From Methylacidiphilum caldifontis (GTDB lineage Bacteria; Verrucomicrobiota; Verrucomicrobiia; Methylacidiphilales; CAMAQI01): a DNA stretch of 64,000 nt. This document shows positions 8,428 to 16,911 of the stretch, piece by piece (position 1 is the first letter of the stretch; each line of letters opens with the position of its first letter). Made by a program: the position numbers and the translations under genes. Location: NCBI GenBank assembly GCA_945877805.1, contig CAMCSM010000003.1:1295-65294 (forward strand), written 5' to 3'. The notes beneath the pieces are model-generated. The model made no database searches and was not told the origin of the DNA. It was given only the letters and a program-made list of their open reading frames with translations.

Positions 8428-9332
8428 ACCTTATGAGCGATCCTCTCCCCCAATAATCCTCTCGGTCTCACCAAAAGCACTAACATCAAAATCATAAAGG
8501 TCGTGAGATTCTTCCAATCACTTCCAATCCCATAACTGGTTAAATCCTCAGTCAACCCCAAGATCAGCCCCCCTAAAACAGCTCCTGGGATATTTCCAAT
8601 TCCCCCGAGAACCGCAGCGGTAAAGGCCTTAAGTCCCATCAAATATCCAGAATCAAATCGAGCAACCCCTTGATACATCGAAACCATCACCCCTGCAACG
8701 GCGGCTAAAGCCGATCCTAAAACAAAGGTGGTCGTAATCGTCTTATTCACAGAGACCCCCACCAGTTGCGCCATCGTACGATCTTGAGCTACCGCTCTCA
8801 TCGCTAACCCTAATGAAGTCCGATGGATCACCCAAAATAACCCTGCCATCACCACGAGCGATGTTCCTAAGATCAAAAGTTGCAAATAGGAAATAGAAAG
8901 CCCCGCACAAACCTGCCATTGGTTCTCTGAAAAAAACCGACTCTGTGCCTGAGGAAAATCAATTTTATCCTTCGTCACACTCAGCATAATAAAATTTTGA
9001 AGAACAATCGATAATCCGATCGCACTGGTTAACGGAGCCATAATGTGGGCCCCCCGAAGTCGCCGGTAAGCAATCCGCTCATTCGAATAACCAAAAGCCG
9101 AGGCGATCAAGATCGAAATGACCACCCCGAGACAAAGCGCCATACTGATTGATCCCGGCAAGAGAGTACTCGCAATTCCAATCCCAAAAACAGTGGCGAA
9201 CATTCCAATCATAAAAACCTCGCCATGAGCAAAGTTAATCATTCCCAAAATTCCATAAACCATCGTGTAGCCTAAGGCGACTAAGGCGTAACAAGCTCCA
9301 CGAACGAGACCGTTGAGAATAATTTCTAACAT
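8424..9332 (-). CDS. livH: Branched-chain amino acid ABC transporter permease
   Basis: GLVRGACYALVALGYTMVYGILGMINFAHGE N-terminus typical of LivH. Confidence 0.85.
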   Translation of the reverse strand: MLEIILNGLVRGACYALVALGYTMVYGILGMINFAHGEVFMIGMFATVFGIGIASTLLPGSISMALCLGVVISILIASAFGYSNERIAYRRLRGAHIMAPLTSAIGLSIVLQNFIMLSVTKDKIDFPQAQSRFFSENQWQVCAGLSISYLQLLILGTSLVVMAGLFWVIHRTSLGLAMRAVAQDRTMAQLVGVSVNKTITTTFVLGSALAAVAGVMVSMYQGVARFDSGYLMGLKAFTAAVLGGIGNIPGAVLGGLILGLTEDLTSYGIGSDWKNLTTFMILMLVLLVRPRGLLGERIAHKV

Positions 9333-9390
9333 AAAATAGTTGACCGCAATTTAGTGAATCCAGTGAGAGTTAAAAGAAAAAATAACGAAC

Positions 9391-9548
9391 GCAGGTTCCT
9401 TCCTGTTTCCAGTGGAATCAAGAACTCTCTTAGGAAAGCAAGAAAGCAGGAATTTCGAAATAAAAAAACAAGAATGTATATTTCCTTTTTTCCTGTCTTC
9501 ATTAGAGAGTTCTCATTAAATTCCACTGAAAGTGGGAAGGAACCCAAA
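9391..9548. repeat. Palindromic intergenic element related to repeat family A
   Basis: Arms gcaggttccttcctgtttccagtggaatcaagaactctct and agagagttctcattaaattccactgaaagtgggaaggaacc. Core ctcttaggaaagcaagaaagcaggaattt matches copy A3. Confidence 0.6.
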
Positions 9549-9557
9549 CGCAGAACC

Positions 9558-10400
9558 TTAACGACTACTATGAAAGATATAATCCATCAGCTCTCTCAGA
9601 TGATCCACGTATCGGCTCATCCATAGATCCCCGCCCATCATCCAAACAATCGCGGCAATCGCAATAAAGGGGCCGTAAGGCATTCGCAATCCCATCGCTC
9701 TTCTTTTTTGAATAATGATCGAAATCCCAATAATCGATCCAAAGACAGAGGATAAACCGAGAACGAAACCGGCTCCCCAAGGGCCGAAAAAAGCCCCAAT
9801 CGCAGCCAGTAACTTCACATCCCCTAATCCCATCGCCTCGCGCCTAAAGACCCAAGTTCCAATTTTTGCGATCAAAAATAAAATAGCCCCTCCAACAAAG
9901 GCCCCTCTCATACTCTCGATAAAACCGTTCCAGCTATTGGATTCGCCGTGAAGTTGTGGGTAAATAAAACTGATCACAAGACCGGCAACACACCCCCCTA
10001 AAGTAAAACGATCAGGAATGATAAAGTAGTCTAAATCGATACAACTGGCGATAATCAACCCAGAGGTGATGAAAGCGTAAATGCAAAAGATCGGAGTCGC
10101 TCCCTGTTGTTGCCAAATCCACCAAAATAAAAAGGCGGTCGTTGCCTCCACCATCCAATAACGAGCATCAATCCGAGTTCCACAACAATGGGCCCGGCCT
10201 TTTAAAAAAAACCAGCCTAAGATCGGAATATTAAACCTCCATGGAATCGCTGAGCCGCAAGAGCCACAATAGGAGGACTTTGAAACAAGATCGACCTCTA
10301 TAGGAATGCGGTAAATACAAACATTTAAAAAGGAGCCGATACAGGCGCCAAATAGAGCAATAAATACCTGAAACAATGGCAGATGAAAATCCATAATCAA
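9558..10400 (-). CDS. pilD: Prepilin peptidase / N-methyltransferase (A24 family)
   Basis: N-terminal Cys cluster CGSCGSAI...CCGTRI. Conserved GLGDVKL aspartyl motif. 7-8 TM helices. Confidence 0.85.
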   Translation of the reverse strand: MIMDFHLPLFQVFIALFGACIGSFLNVCIYRIPIEVDLVSKSSYCGSCGSAIPWRFNIPILGWFFLKGRAHCCGTRIDARYWMVEATTAFLFWWIWQQQGATPIFCIYAFITSGLIIASCIDLDYFIIPDRFTLGGCVAGLVISFIYPQLHGESNSWNGFIESMRGAFVGGAILFLIAKIGTWVFRREAMGLGDVKLLAAIGAFFGPWGAGFVLGLSSVFGSIIGISIIIQKRRAMGLRMPYGPFIAIAAIVWMMGGDLWMSRYVDHLRELMDYIFHSSR

Positions 10401-10404
10401 CTAG

Positions 10405-10592
10405 GAGCAACTGTCCCTATCTAATGGGGAATGGCATAGGGGTAAGCGGATTTTTAAAACATTCAATAGGGAACTCAGGAAAAAAGGAAAAAATAATCCT
10501 GATTTCCTGCTTTCCCCATTAAAATTGTATTTTTCGTAACTATTTGATTGCAAAGTGTTTATATGTTTTAGAAAGTTTACTTCACTAAGAGA
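10405..10592. repeat. Repeat family A, copy A1 (~188 nt, hairpin-forming)
   Basis: Aligns over its full length with 42197-42384 and 45706-45897. Internal inverted repeat ggggtaagcgga...tcctgctttcccc. Confidence 0.85.
10524..10553 (-). promoter_or_regulatory. Sigma70-like promoter candidate carried inside repeat A1
   Basis: Minus strand reads TTGCAA, 18 nt, TACAAT. It points toward the pilD start at 10400. Confidence 0.3.
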
Positions 10593-10603
10593 CCTGCAAT
10601 CCC

Positions 10604-10936
10604 TCAGGCAGATCCAATCGCCAGCCAGGCGACCTCAACCGACCACATTCGAGTATTCAGCCATGTTCTCATTTGGAGTGAAAAACCCTCAGCGGTAATA
10701 TGAGCTGCATTTAAGCTCAACCGTGCATTCCGAGAGTTATCGATATCAAAACCGATGAGGGAAAGTTGGACGATCGGCTTGTCGGAAAATTTCTGATCAA
10801 ACCGAATATAACGCTCGAAAATCCGATCATGATTTTCTGAGGGAACATCGACTAATACCCAATCAGGCTCCTCGACACTTCCTACAATGGTTCCATTTAA
10901 AAATAAAGGCACTTTGCTCTTATCAGACATACTCAC
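10604..10936 (-). CDS. H-type lectin domain protein, no signal peptide
   Basis: FDQKFSDKPIVQLSLIGFDID...ITAEGFSLQMRTWLNTRMWSVEVAWLAIG resembles the H-type lectin fold signature. Confidence 0.5.
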   Translation of the reverse strand: MSMSDKSKVPLFLNGTIVGSVEEPDWVLVDVPSENHDRIFERYIRFDQKFSDKPIVQLSLIGFDIDNSRNARLSLNAAHITAEGFSLQMRTWLNTRMWSVEVAWLAIGSA

Positions 10937-10986
10937 ATCCCCTTTTTATTTAAGTTACCTCAATCAAAAAAATGGTCAAGAAACAA

Positions 10987-11020
10987 CAAAAAAACCCCGA
11001 ATAATTTCGGGGTTTTTTTT
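10987..11020. terminator. Bidirectional intrinsic terminator
   Basis: aaaaaaaa-ccccgaa-taat-ttcgggg-tttttttt. A-run and T-run flank a 7-bp GC-rich stem. Confidence 0.8.
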
Positions 11021-11034
11021 GAGTAAAATTCTTC

Positions 11035-11388
11035 CTAAACAGTCTTTGGAGTTTGACCCGATCCGTCAGACATCGGCATCTGAATACTTCCATTTAAGAT
11101 ACCGCCTTGAGAAACGATGAATCGTGGAGATTTAATATTTCCGTTCACGACCCCCGTCGGTGCAACATCGACTTTATCGCTTGATTCGATCGAACCAGAA
11201 ACTTTTCCTGAAACTTGCACATTCTTTGCAGAAACTTCAGCTTTGACCTCTCCTCCTTGAGAGACAGTCAAATTCTCTTTAATCTTGATCGTTCCTTCGA
11301 CATAACCATCAACAACGATATTCTCGTCGCCAATAACGTCCCCTTTGATTTTAATGGTCTTCCCGATGTAGGTAGGTGTAAGTGACAT
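11035..11388 (-). CDS. Bactofilin (polymer-forming cytoskeletal protein)
   Basis: Repetitive beta-helix pattern IKGDVIGDENIVVDGYVEGTIKIKENLTV...VSGKVSGSI...VNGNI. Confidence 0.8.
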   Translation of the reverse strand: MSLTPTYIGKTIKIKGDVIGDENIVVDGYVEGTIKIKENLTVSQGGEVKAEVSAKNVQVSGKVSGSIESSDKVDVAPTGVVNGNIKSPRFIVSQGGILNGSIQMPMSDGSGQTPKTV

Positions 11389-11471
11389 AGTGTTCTATTT
11401 TTAGCCTCTGTTATGACAATCGTCAACGGCAAAAGCAATTTATCCCTCAATCTTGAAATTCCTCGTAGAAT

Positions 11472-11583
11472 AAAATTGTATTTTTAAAATTTATAAATCG
11501 GAATCCAATGCGATTGATATCGGGGAGAGACTATTTTCATTGAGGAGATATCCTCGGTTTCGGTCTTTGACCGATTTATGTTT
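11472..11583 (-). repeat. Repeat family B, copy B1 (~110 nt, MITE-like)
   Basis: The reverse complement aligns with 27491-27600 and 35476-35575. Terminal inverted repeat cataaatcgg...ccgatttat. Confidence 0.85.
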
Positions 11584-13141
11584 ATTCAAAACTTTTATCT
11601 TTTTTTACTCCGAGCTGGACTGAGCGTTTATAGTGGTACTGACATTTCTCTCCCTCTCCCTCACCAAGCGCTTTTAATGTTTTTGCTAAGGCACGATGCA
11701 GATCTCCAGAATTGGGGTTTTTCGTGAGCCCCTCCTCAAGTGATTTCTTTGATTCCACGTGCCACCCACGATCATATAAAATAATCCCCAAACCGAGATA
11801 GCTCTCTGCAATTTCCGGAGATAAAGCAATGGAAACGATCGCATCATCAATCGCTTCTTCACTCCTTCCCCCTTGACTCTTCACAATAGCGAGGGTCCCG
11901 TAACTGTACCCATCATAGGGAGCGAGCTCGATTGCTTTCTCCAAATGATTAATTGAGTCTTCAAAATTGCCACAAAGATACTCAACACTTCCTAAATTTG
12001 AGAGCAGATAAAGGGAGCTTGAATCTTTCTCATAGAGCGCTTTGTAAATCGAGCGTGCCTCTTGATAGCGGGCAGAATTAAAGGCACTTGAGGCCTTTTT
12101 ACAGGAAATGAGTTCGGCTTTAGGGATCATCGGAATGAGAGAGGGGGAGGGATTGGAATGAGATTGTATCAAATCAATGACCGATTTCCTCAGTTGCTCC
12201 ACACGATGATAAATTAATCGATTCTCATTTTCTAACGATTCTTTGGCAAATTGAAACTCCCCTTCTGACTTATACCTTTGATCGCTCTCTAAAGGTCTCC
12301 AAATCTTCTCCCCCATTACTTTTTCAAATGCATCCGCAGGGACTCCTTGAGGATTCCGTGCAATTTTAACCGCTCTTTCAAGCCCCTCTTGGAGCCGACT
12401 CAAGACACGATATTGAATCTGTTCAAAATCAAACCCTTGAATCCATGAGCTCTCAAAAGGAGCTCTCGGCTTTTCCTCAGCCACCACTTCTTGAACCTCC
12501 ACGGGGGAGGGGGAATTCTCTCCAGATTTATCCACCTTGAGTTCTGGCCCTTTAGCGCTCTCTGAAGGGGTAATCGACAAATCAGGCGGAATCGTTATCG
12601 GCGTTTGAACCTCCCTCTCTTTCCGCTCTCCAAGGAGGTTAACCGTTTCATTTCGCTCTTTTTTAGGACTCACAAAAAGCTCCTTAAAACCCGAAAACTC
12701 CAGAAGAACAATCTCCCCATGAGGAAGCGCCCGGCCATTAACAATAGTCTCCCCTAAATGTCCTGTAATCCCAAAAGTCTTTTTTTGATAGGAATCAAAA
12801 ATAATCGTAAATAAGGAACCTGCGGGCATCTGGATAAAATAACGATCGATAATAAAGTTCAACTCTCTTTTCTGCGCATCATCATTACGAATAAAAATTG
12901 CATGGTCGCCGTGGATATTAAAACCGAAACTTAACAAAAAGGAATAATCAGAGTGATCGACTCGAAGTTTATAAGTCGATCGAGGAACCGTATTTCGAAC
13001 CTCCTGTTCTGGGGAGAAAAAAACAAGATTCCGTTCTCTCAGCAAAATTGTGAAGGCCTCCACAGGACGAGCTAACTCTTCGGATATCACTCCCGTTAAA
13101 AGAAAACTAAGGACAACTAAAATAGAAAGCAAACATTTCAC
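11582..13141 (-). CDS. Secreted TPR-repeat protein
   Basis: N-terminal signal peptide. C-terminal ~170 aa form TPR-like repeats (YKALYEKDSS..., LEKAIELAPYDGYSYGTLAIV...). Confidence 0.6.
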   Translation of the reverse strand: MKCLLSILVVLSFLLTGVISEELARPVEAFTILLRERNLVFFSPEQEVRNTVPRSTYKLRVDHSDYSFLLSFGFNIHGDHAIFIRNDDAQKRELNFIIDRYFIQMPAGSLFTIIFDSYQKKTFGITGHLGETIVNGRALPHGEIVLLEFSGFKELFVSPKKERNETVNLLGERKEREVQTPITIPPDLSITPSESAKGPELKVDKSGENSPSPVEVQEVVAEEKPRAPFESSWIQGFDFEQIQYRVLSRLQEGLERAVKIARNPQGVPADAFEKVMGEKIWRPLESDQRYKSEGEFQFAKESLENENRLIYHRVEQLRKSVIDLIQSHSNPSPSLIPMIPKAELISCKKASSAFNSARYQEARSIYKALYEKDSSSLYLLSNLGSVEYLCGNFEDSINHLEKAIELAPYDGYSYGTLAIVKSQGGRSEEAIDDAIVSIALSPEIAESYLGLGIILYDRGWHVESKKSLEEGLTKNPNSGDLHRALAKTLKALGEGEGEKCQYHYKRSVQLGVKKDKSFE

Positions 13142-13163
13142 AGTAATTCATTTATAAATATTT

Positions 13164-13406
13164 TTATTGGAAAAGTCCAGAGAGTTGAAGACCATTTTCT
13201 TGAATCGCCCCTTGAACACATTTAAGTTGTTCGATTTTCTCTCGATACAATTGGAGTTGCGACTCACTAATCGATCGAATCACATTCGATGAAACCCACC
13301 CCTCTCCCCTATTTGTGCTCTCGAGAGTTTCAACTAACCACCCTTGAGCGTGCCAACCAAGAACGCGGACCGAACTCCCTGCCGGGAGATTGCGAATGAG
13401 GGGGAT
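13164..13406 (-). CDS. 80-codon ATG-less ORF in frame directly after the FG-GAP gene TAA stop: SH3-like segment plus coiled coil. Either a readthrough extension, a truncation remnant, or a gene with a non-canonical start.
   Basis: Hand translation: IPLIRNLPAGSSVRVLGWHAQGWLVETLESTNRGEGWVSSNVIRSISESQLQLYREKIEQLKCVQGAIQENGLQLSGLFQ*. It fills an otherwise empty 265-nt gap. Confidence 0.35.
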   Translation of the reverse strand: MPLIRNLPAGSSVRVLGWHAQGWLVETLESTNRGEGWVSSNVIRSISESQLQLYREKIEQLKCVQGAIQENGLQLSGLFQ

Positions 13407-15137
13407 TTACTTTGGTTTTTCAACTAAAAGTACATCATCCAAGTAGAAACTTCCCTCTCCGGAAAACGTAAAAGTTAACTTAAAATCTTCACCCTCTTTT
13501 TTTTCCCCCTTCGTTTTCTCAAATCGAACCTTTCTCTTCACTTGGGACCAAGAAGAGGAGATACCAAAATCAGTTTGGGTAACCGACTCAAGCCGTTCAC
13601 TTGAATATCGCTCCTCTTTCCCACTCTTTTCTAAAGCGCTAGCGGTTGCAGTGAGACTCACTTTCGAATCGGAAAAACCATTCCCCTTCACAAAAAAGGA
13701 GAGTTCATATTCAACATTCGGTTTCAAAAAAATAGAATCAGCGTAACTCATGTTAAAAAATTTATCTTTAGGGGTATGGATAAACCGAGGCATCTCTGTG
13801 ATCATCTCCTGTTTCGGGTCGATCGGCTCAAAAAAAAGACAGCTCTGTCCCGTCGTTTCTTTGGGAAGATCTAATTCAGGCTCATATCCGACTAAATTTT
13901 TCTCCGTCTTATAACGCTCTTTCTTCGATAAAGCCTTGAGCAGAAAAAATCTCGATCCTTCGGGCGCCGAAATTCCAGAAGGGGTGTCAGCAACCCAATT
14001 GACACACTTTAAAACCGACGGGAGCACCGGCTCAACTTTAAAGCTTTCCGGTTTTTGAAATTTATTTACTTGTTTGGTCCCTTTATTGATCGACATTCGA
14101 ATAGCTCCCGAACTCGAAGAGATTAAGAGGTCAGGCAAACCATCATCATTCATATCTGCAAAACAGGGATTCGCGAGCGTTGTCGTCGCTCCTGCTGTTC
14201 CAAATTTAATTTCTATGGGCTTACTCAGCGGAAAAGTAGGTTCATTCAAACAGTAACTAATTTGGCCGTTCTCGCGCTCCCCGAAAATAAGATCCAGTTT
14301 CCCATCTCCATTCCAATCTAAAATCTGCGGAACTAAATGCTCTCTTCCTTGACTCAATAACATCGACGTTCTTGTTTCGAAGAGCGGCTTTTGATTGGTG
14401 CCGGAATTGAGAAGTAAAAAAATACTATTTGCTGAAAAAGAACCCTCGCCCATAATCAAATCGAGCTTCCCATCTCCATCCCAATCATAATAGCAAGGAG
14501 CTAGATAATTACACCAGAGCCTTCCCTTGGGATCGGTATCCACAAGGTAACTCTTTAAATCGTCAGAAACGCTAAACTTAGGCATTTTTGCACTCCCTGA
14601 ATTTGGAATAAAATAAAGATGGCCCTCAAAATCACCGACAATCAAGTCCAGCGATCCATCTCCATTAAAATCAACGAGCTGAATCTTCGGAATCTTAACA
14701 TCCAAAAGCCAAAAGGGGAGAATCTCACCGCGAGTAAATTTTGGTTCCTTAGGAGTCCCTTTATTAAAAAAAATCCAAAAATATCCAGCAGAATCGGCAA
14801 CGAATAAATCTTTCGTTCCATCGCCATTCAAATCAGCAGCTTGAATTGAAGCAGGAAAAGGATTTGTAAAAACTTGTCCTTGTGAATCCACCATCTGACT
14901 TGCCGCCGTAAAGACCCTCAAGGACCCCGAATAAATGCCATCCCAGCCGTTTGAGTCGATAGAAACGGCTTCCATATCTCCGCCACGTATCATATTAATC
15001 ACTTTAGGGGGAGGAGTCTGAGAATAAAGGGTCGATCCAAAAATAAAGCCGCAGATAAGGATCCCCTTCATTAAAGATTGAGAAAAAAGAGACTCTCTCG
15101 ACCTTAAGGGACTCGTTATGCGTGTATCAGATTTCAT
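13407..15137 (-). CDS. FG-GAP/VCBS repeat beta-propeller exoprotein with C-terminal jelly-roll (CBM-like) domain
   Basis: Repeated D(L/F/W/M)NGDG(x)DL motifs, at least 5 copies. Signal/TM segment. C-terminus ends ...GSFYLDDVLLVEK. Confidence 0.75.
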   Translation of the reverse strand: MKSDTRITSPLRSRESLFSQSLMKGILICGFIFGSTLYSQTPPPKVINMIRGGDMEAVSIDSNGWDGIYSGSLRVFTAASQMVDSQGQVFTNPFPASIQAADLNGDGTKDLFVADSAGYFWIFFNKGTPKEPKFTRGEILPFWLLDVKIPKIQLVDFNGDGSLDLIVGDFEGHLYFIPNSGSAKMPKFSVSDDLKSYLVDTDPKGRLWCNYLAPCYYDWDGDGKLDLIMGEGSFSANSIFLLLNSGTNQKPLFETRTSMLLSQGREHLVPQILDWNGDGKLDLIFGERENGQISYCLNEPTFPLSKPIEIKFGTAGATTTLANPCFADMNDDGLPDLLISSSSGAIRMSINKGTKQVNKFQKPESFKVEPVLPSVLKCVNWVADTPSGISAPEGSRFFLLKALSKKERYKTEKNLVGYEPELDLPKETTGQSCLFFEPIDPKQEMITEMPRFIHTPKDKFFNMSYADSIFLKPNVEYELSFFVKGNGFSDSKVSLTATASALEKSGKEERYSSERLESVTQTDFGISSSWSQVKRKVRFEKTKGEKKEGEDFKLTFTFSGEGSFYLDDVLLVEKPK

Positions 15138-15145
15138 AAATCTCC

Positions 15146-16465
15146 TTAGTTTCCAGACAAGAGACGCTCTTGAAAGCGAGTCAAAAGATGGATGATGACA
15201 TTAACCGAGACCTGAAAGACCTCTTCAGATCCCTCAACACTTAAATTCCTAAAATAAGTTTCTCGGGCATTCCACATTGCTGCTGGAGTAATATATTCAA
15301 TCTCTTTCCCATTAATCTTTCCCTCATGTAACTCCACTTCATTTTTGGTCGGCCTCACAGGCTCTTTATAGGCCACTCTCATCATATCGGTGTAATCGTT
15401 AGGGGTATAAAGAACGGCGATCTCATTATCAATCTTGAGCACCTCAAAAGAATCTTGCCGATAGTTCATTCCATCCGGAATCCCCTTTAATTGAAAAAAG
15501 GATTTTTCTCCGCCAAAAATCGGATGGGTGATGGGAATAACCTCAAACTGTTTGTCGGCATCGGGAATCACTCGCTTCATCTCACGACGGAAGGCGATAT
15601 CAAAACGGGAACCTACCCCTGCTAATCCACTATCTCCCCAAATACAGCCACCAGCCATTAAATAGTTCCGAATATTCTCAACTTCCGAGGCCGTAAGCTT
15701 AAAATCTTTAGCCCCCGTCATATAAACAAAGGGAGGAGCCTTCTCTAAAAGTGTCGGGCTCGACATATCGATAGGACGTGAGTCGACTTTGGATTTAATC
15801 TTTCCTTGACTCCAGCTGTTAATCATCCGAGTTAAGTTCTTGAGCGGTCCTCGTTCATTTCCTTTATCATCAAATAAAATACCTCGAGCATTCAACCCCT
15901 CTAACTTGGCAACTTTAAGAACAAATTCCGCTTGAACATTACGTCCCGTCCCCGATGGTCCGCCGCCTCCAGATCCTCCTCCTCCACTTCCCCATTGCGA
16001 TACCGTCCCTCGAATCGCAGCACTGCGCGCCCCAAAAGACTTCGCCATCGCTGCGTCATTATTTTTTGCTAACTCCTGCGTCACATTTTTAATAGCACTT
16101 GTATCAATCGTCTGAGAAATCTGCGTCGATACAGGAACGGTAAAAGAGCTTGCGTCCGAAGAGTTAACCGACAAAAGCTCCTTAGATGCCTCACTCGTGC
16201 TCGAAGGAACTTGCTCCTGTGCTTGAGCGGGAGCAGTAGTCGATTCTGGAGTCGACTCGGATTGGCTTGGGGGGGCGGCAGGCCCAGGATCTCCTCCTCC
16301 AACGATATAGGAGGCACTTTCGAACTCTTTCGTTGGAAAAACAGCATCAAAAATAACGATTCCCCCGATCAGGAGAAATAAAATGAGATGAAAAATGATC
16401 GATCCGATAAAATACGGCGATCTCTTAAATCTCTCCTTCCAGGTCTCTTCTCGTGGGGCGTGCAT
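15146..16465 (-). CDS. Membrane-anchored protein: N-terminal TM, Pro/Ser/Thr/Ala-rich linker and DUF4159-like C-terminal domain
   Basis: TM helix YFIGSIIFHLILFLLIGGIVIF. Linker GDPGPAAPPSQSESTPESTTAPAQAQEQ. PFVYMTGAKDFKLTASEVENIRNYLMAGGCIWGDSG...THPIF matches the DUF4159 pattern as I recall it. Confidence 0.5.
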   Translation of the reverse strand: MHAPREETWKERFKRSPYFIGSIIFHLILFLLIGGIVIFDAVFPTKEFESASYIVGGGDPGPAAPPSQSESTPESTTAPAQAQEQVPSSTSEASKELLSVNSSDASSFTVPVSTQISQTIDTSAIKNVTQELAKNNDAAMAKSFGARSAAIRGTVSQWGSGGGGSGGGGPSGTGRNVQAEFVLKVAKLEGLNARGILFDDKGNERGPLKNLTRMINSWSQGKIKSKVDSRPIDMSSPTLLEKAPPFVYMTGAKDFKLTASEVENIRNYLMAGGCIWGDSGLAGVGSRFDIAFRREMKRVIPDADKQFEVIPITHPIFGGEKSFFQLKGIPDGMNYRQDSFEVLKIDNEIAVLYTPNDYTDMMRVAYKEPVRPTKNEVELHEGKINGKEIEYITPAAMWNARETYFRNLSVEGSEEVFQVSVNVIIHLLTRFQERLLSGN

Positions 16466-16473
16466 TCGGTTCC

Positions 16474-16908
16474 TTACAATGAAGACGTTCCAAAAGCCAA
16501 ATTCTTAACGCCGGCAGCACTGCAGGCATTTAAAACATCGACAATTCGCTCATGTCGTGAGGCGGGAGAAGGGGCAATGATCACCGGTTGCTTCTCCCCA
16601 AATTTTGCAATCAATCCCTTGAGCTCCGCTTTCAAACCGTTCATCTCTTTACTATTCGGGGTATCCATCGGAGTCTGATTTAAAAAAACTTGTCCCTGCG
16701 TATTAATATCCAACTGCGCCGGTGGATTCAGTTCCTCAGTAGGAGATGCGTCTTTTTTTCCTCCAGGAATCTTAATCCCCAGCTCCGCCTCTTTGATCTG
16801 CGCCCCAGCGCTGGACATAAAAAAGATCAAAAGCACGAAAAGCAGATCCAAGATCGGTGCGATCTGGAGTCCGAATTCACCTTCATCTCCGCCTCCTCCT
16901 CCGCCCAT
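16474..16908 (-). CDS. exbD: ExbD/TolR family biopolymer transport protein
   Basis: ILDLLFVLLIFFM TM helix plus a periplasmic ExbD-type domain. Confidence 0.8.
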   Translation of the reverse strand: MGGGGGGDEGEFGLQIAPILDLLFVLLIFFMSSAGAQIKEAELGIKIPGGKKDASPTEELNPPAQLDINTQGQVFLNQTPMDTPNSKEMNGLKAELKGLIAKFGEKQPVIIAPSPASRHERIVDVLNACSAAGVKNLAFGTSSL

Positions 16909-16911
16909 AAT

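Noticed and set aside
5736-9332. The livFGMH operon lacks a substrate-binding protein gene.
   Set aside because: Binding-protein genes are often encoded elsewhere. The absence within a 64-kb window is not informative.
9326-9626. ORFs 9326..9547 (-) and 9354..9626 (+) in the livH-pilD gap. The same applies to 42136..42330 and 36461..36682.
   Set aside because: The ORFs at 9326..9626 and 42136..42330 are encoded inside palindromic or repeat elements; 36461..36682 begins in the right arm of an inverted repeat and runs on through the AT-rich intergenic gap. All are low complexity, with no RBS or family signal.
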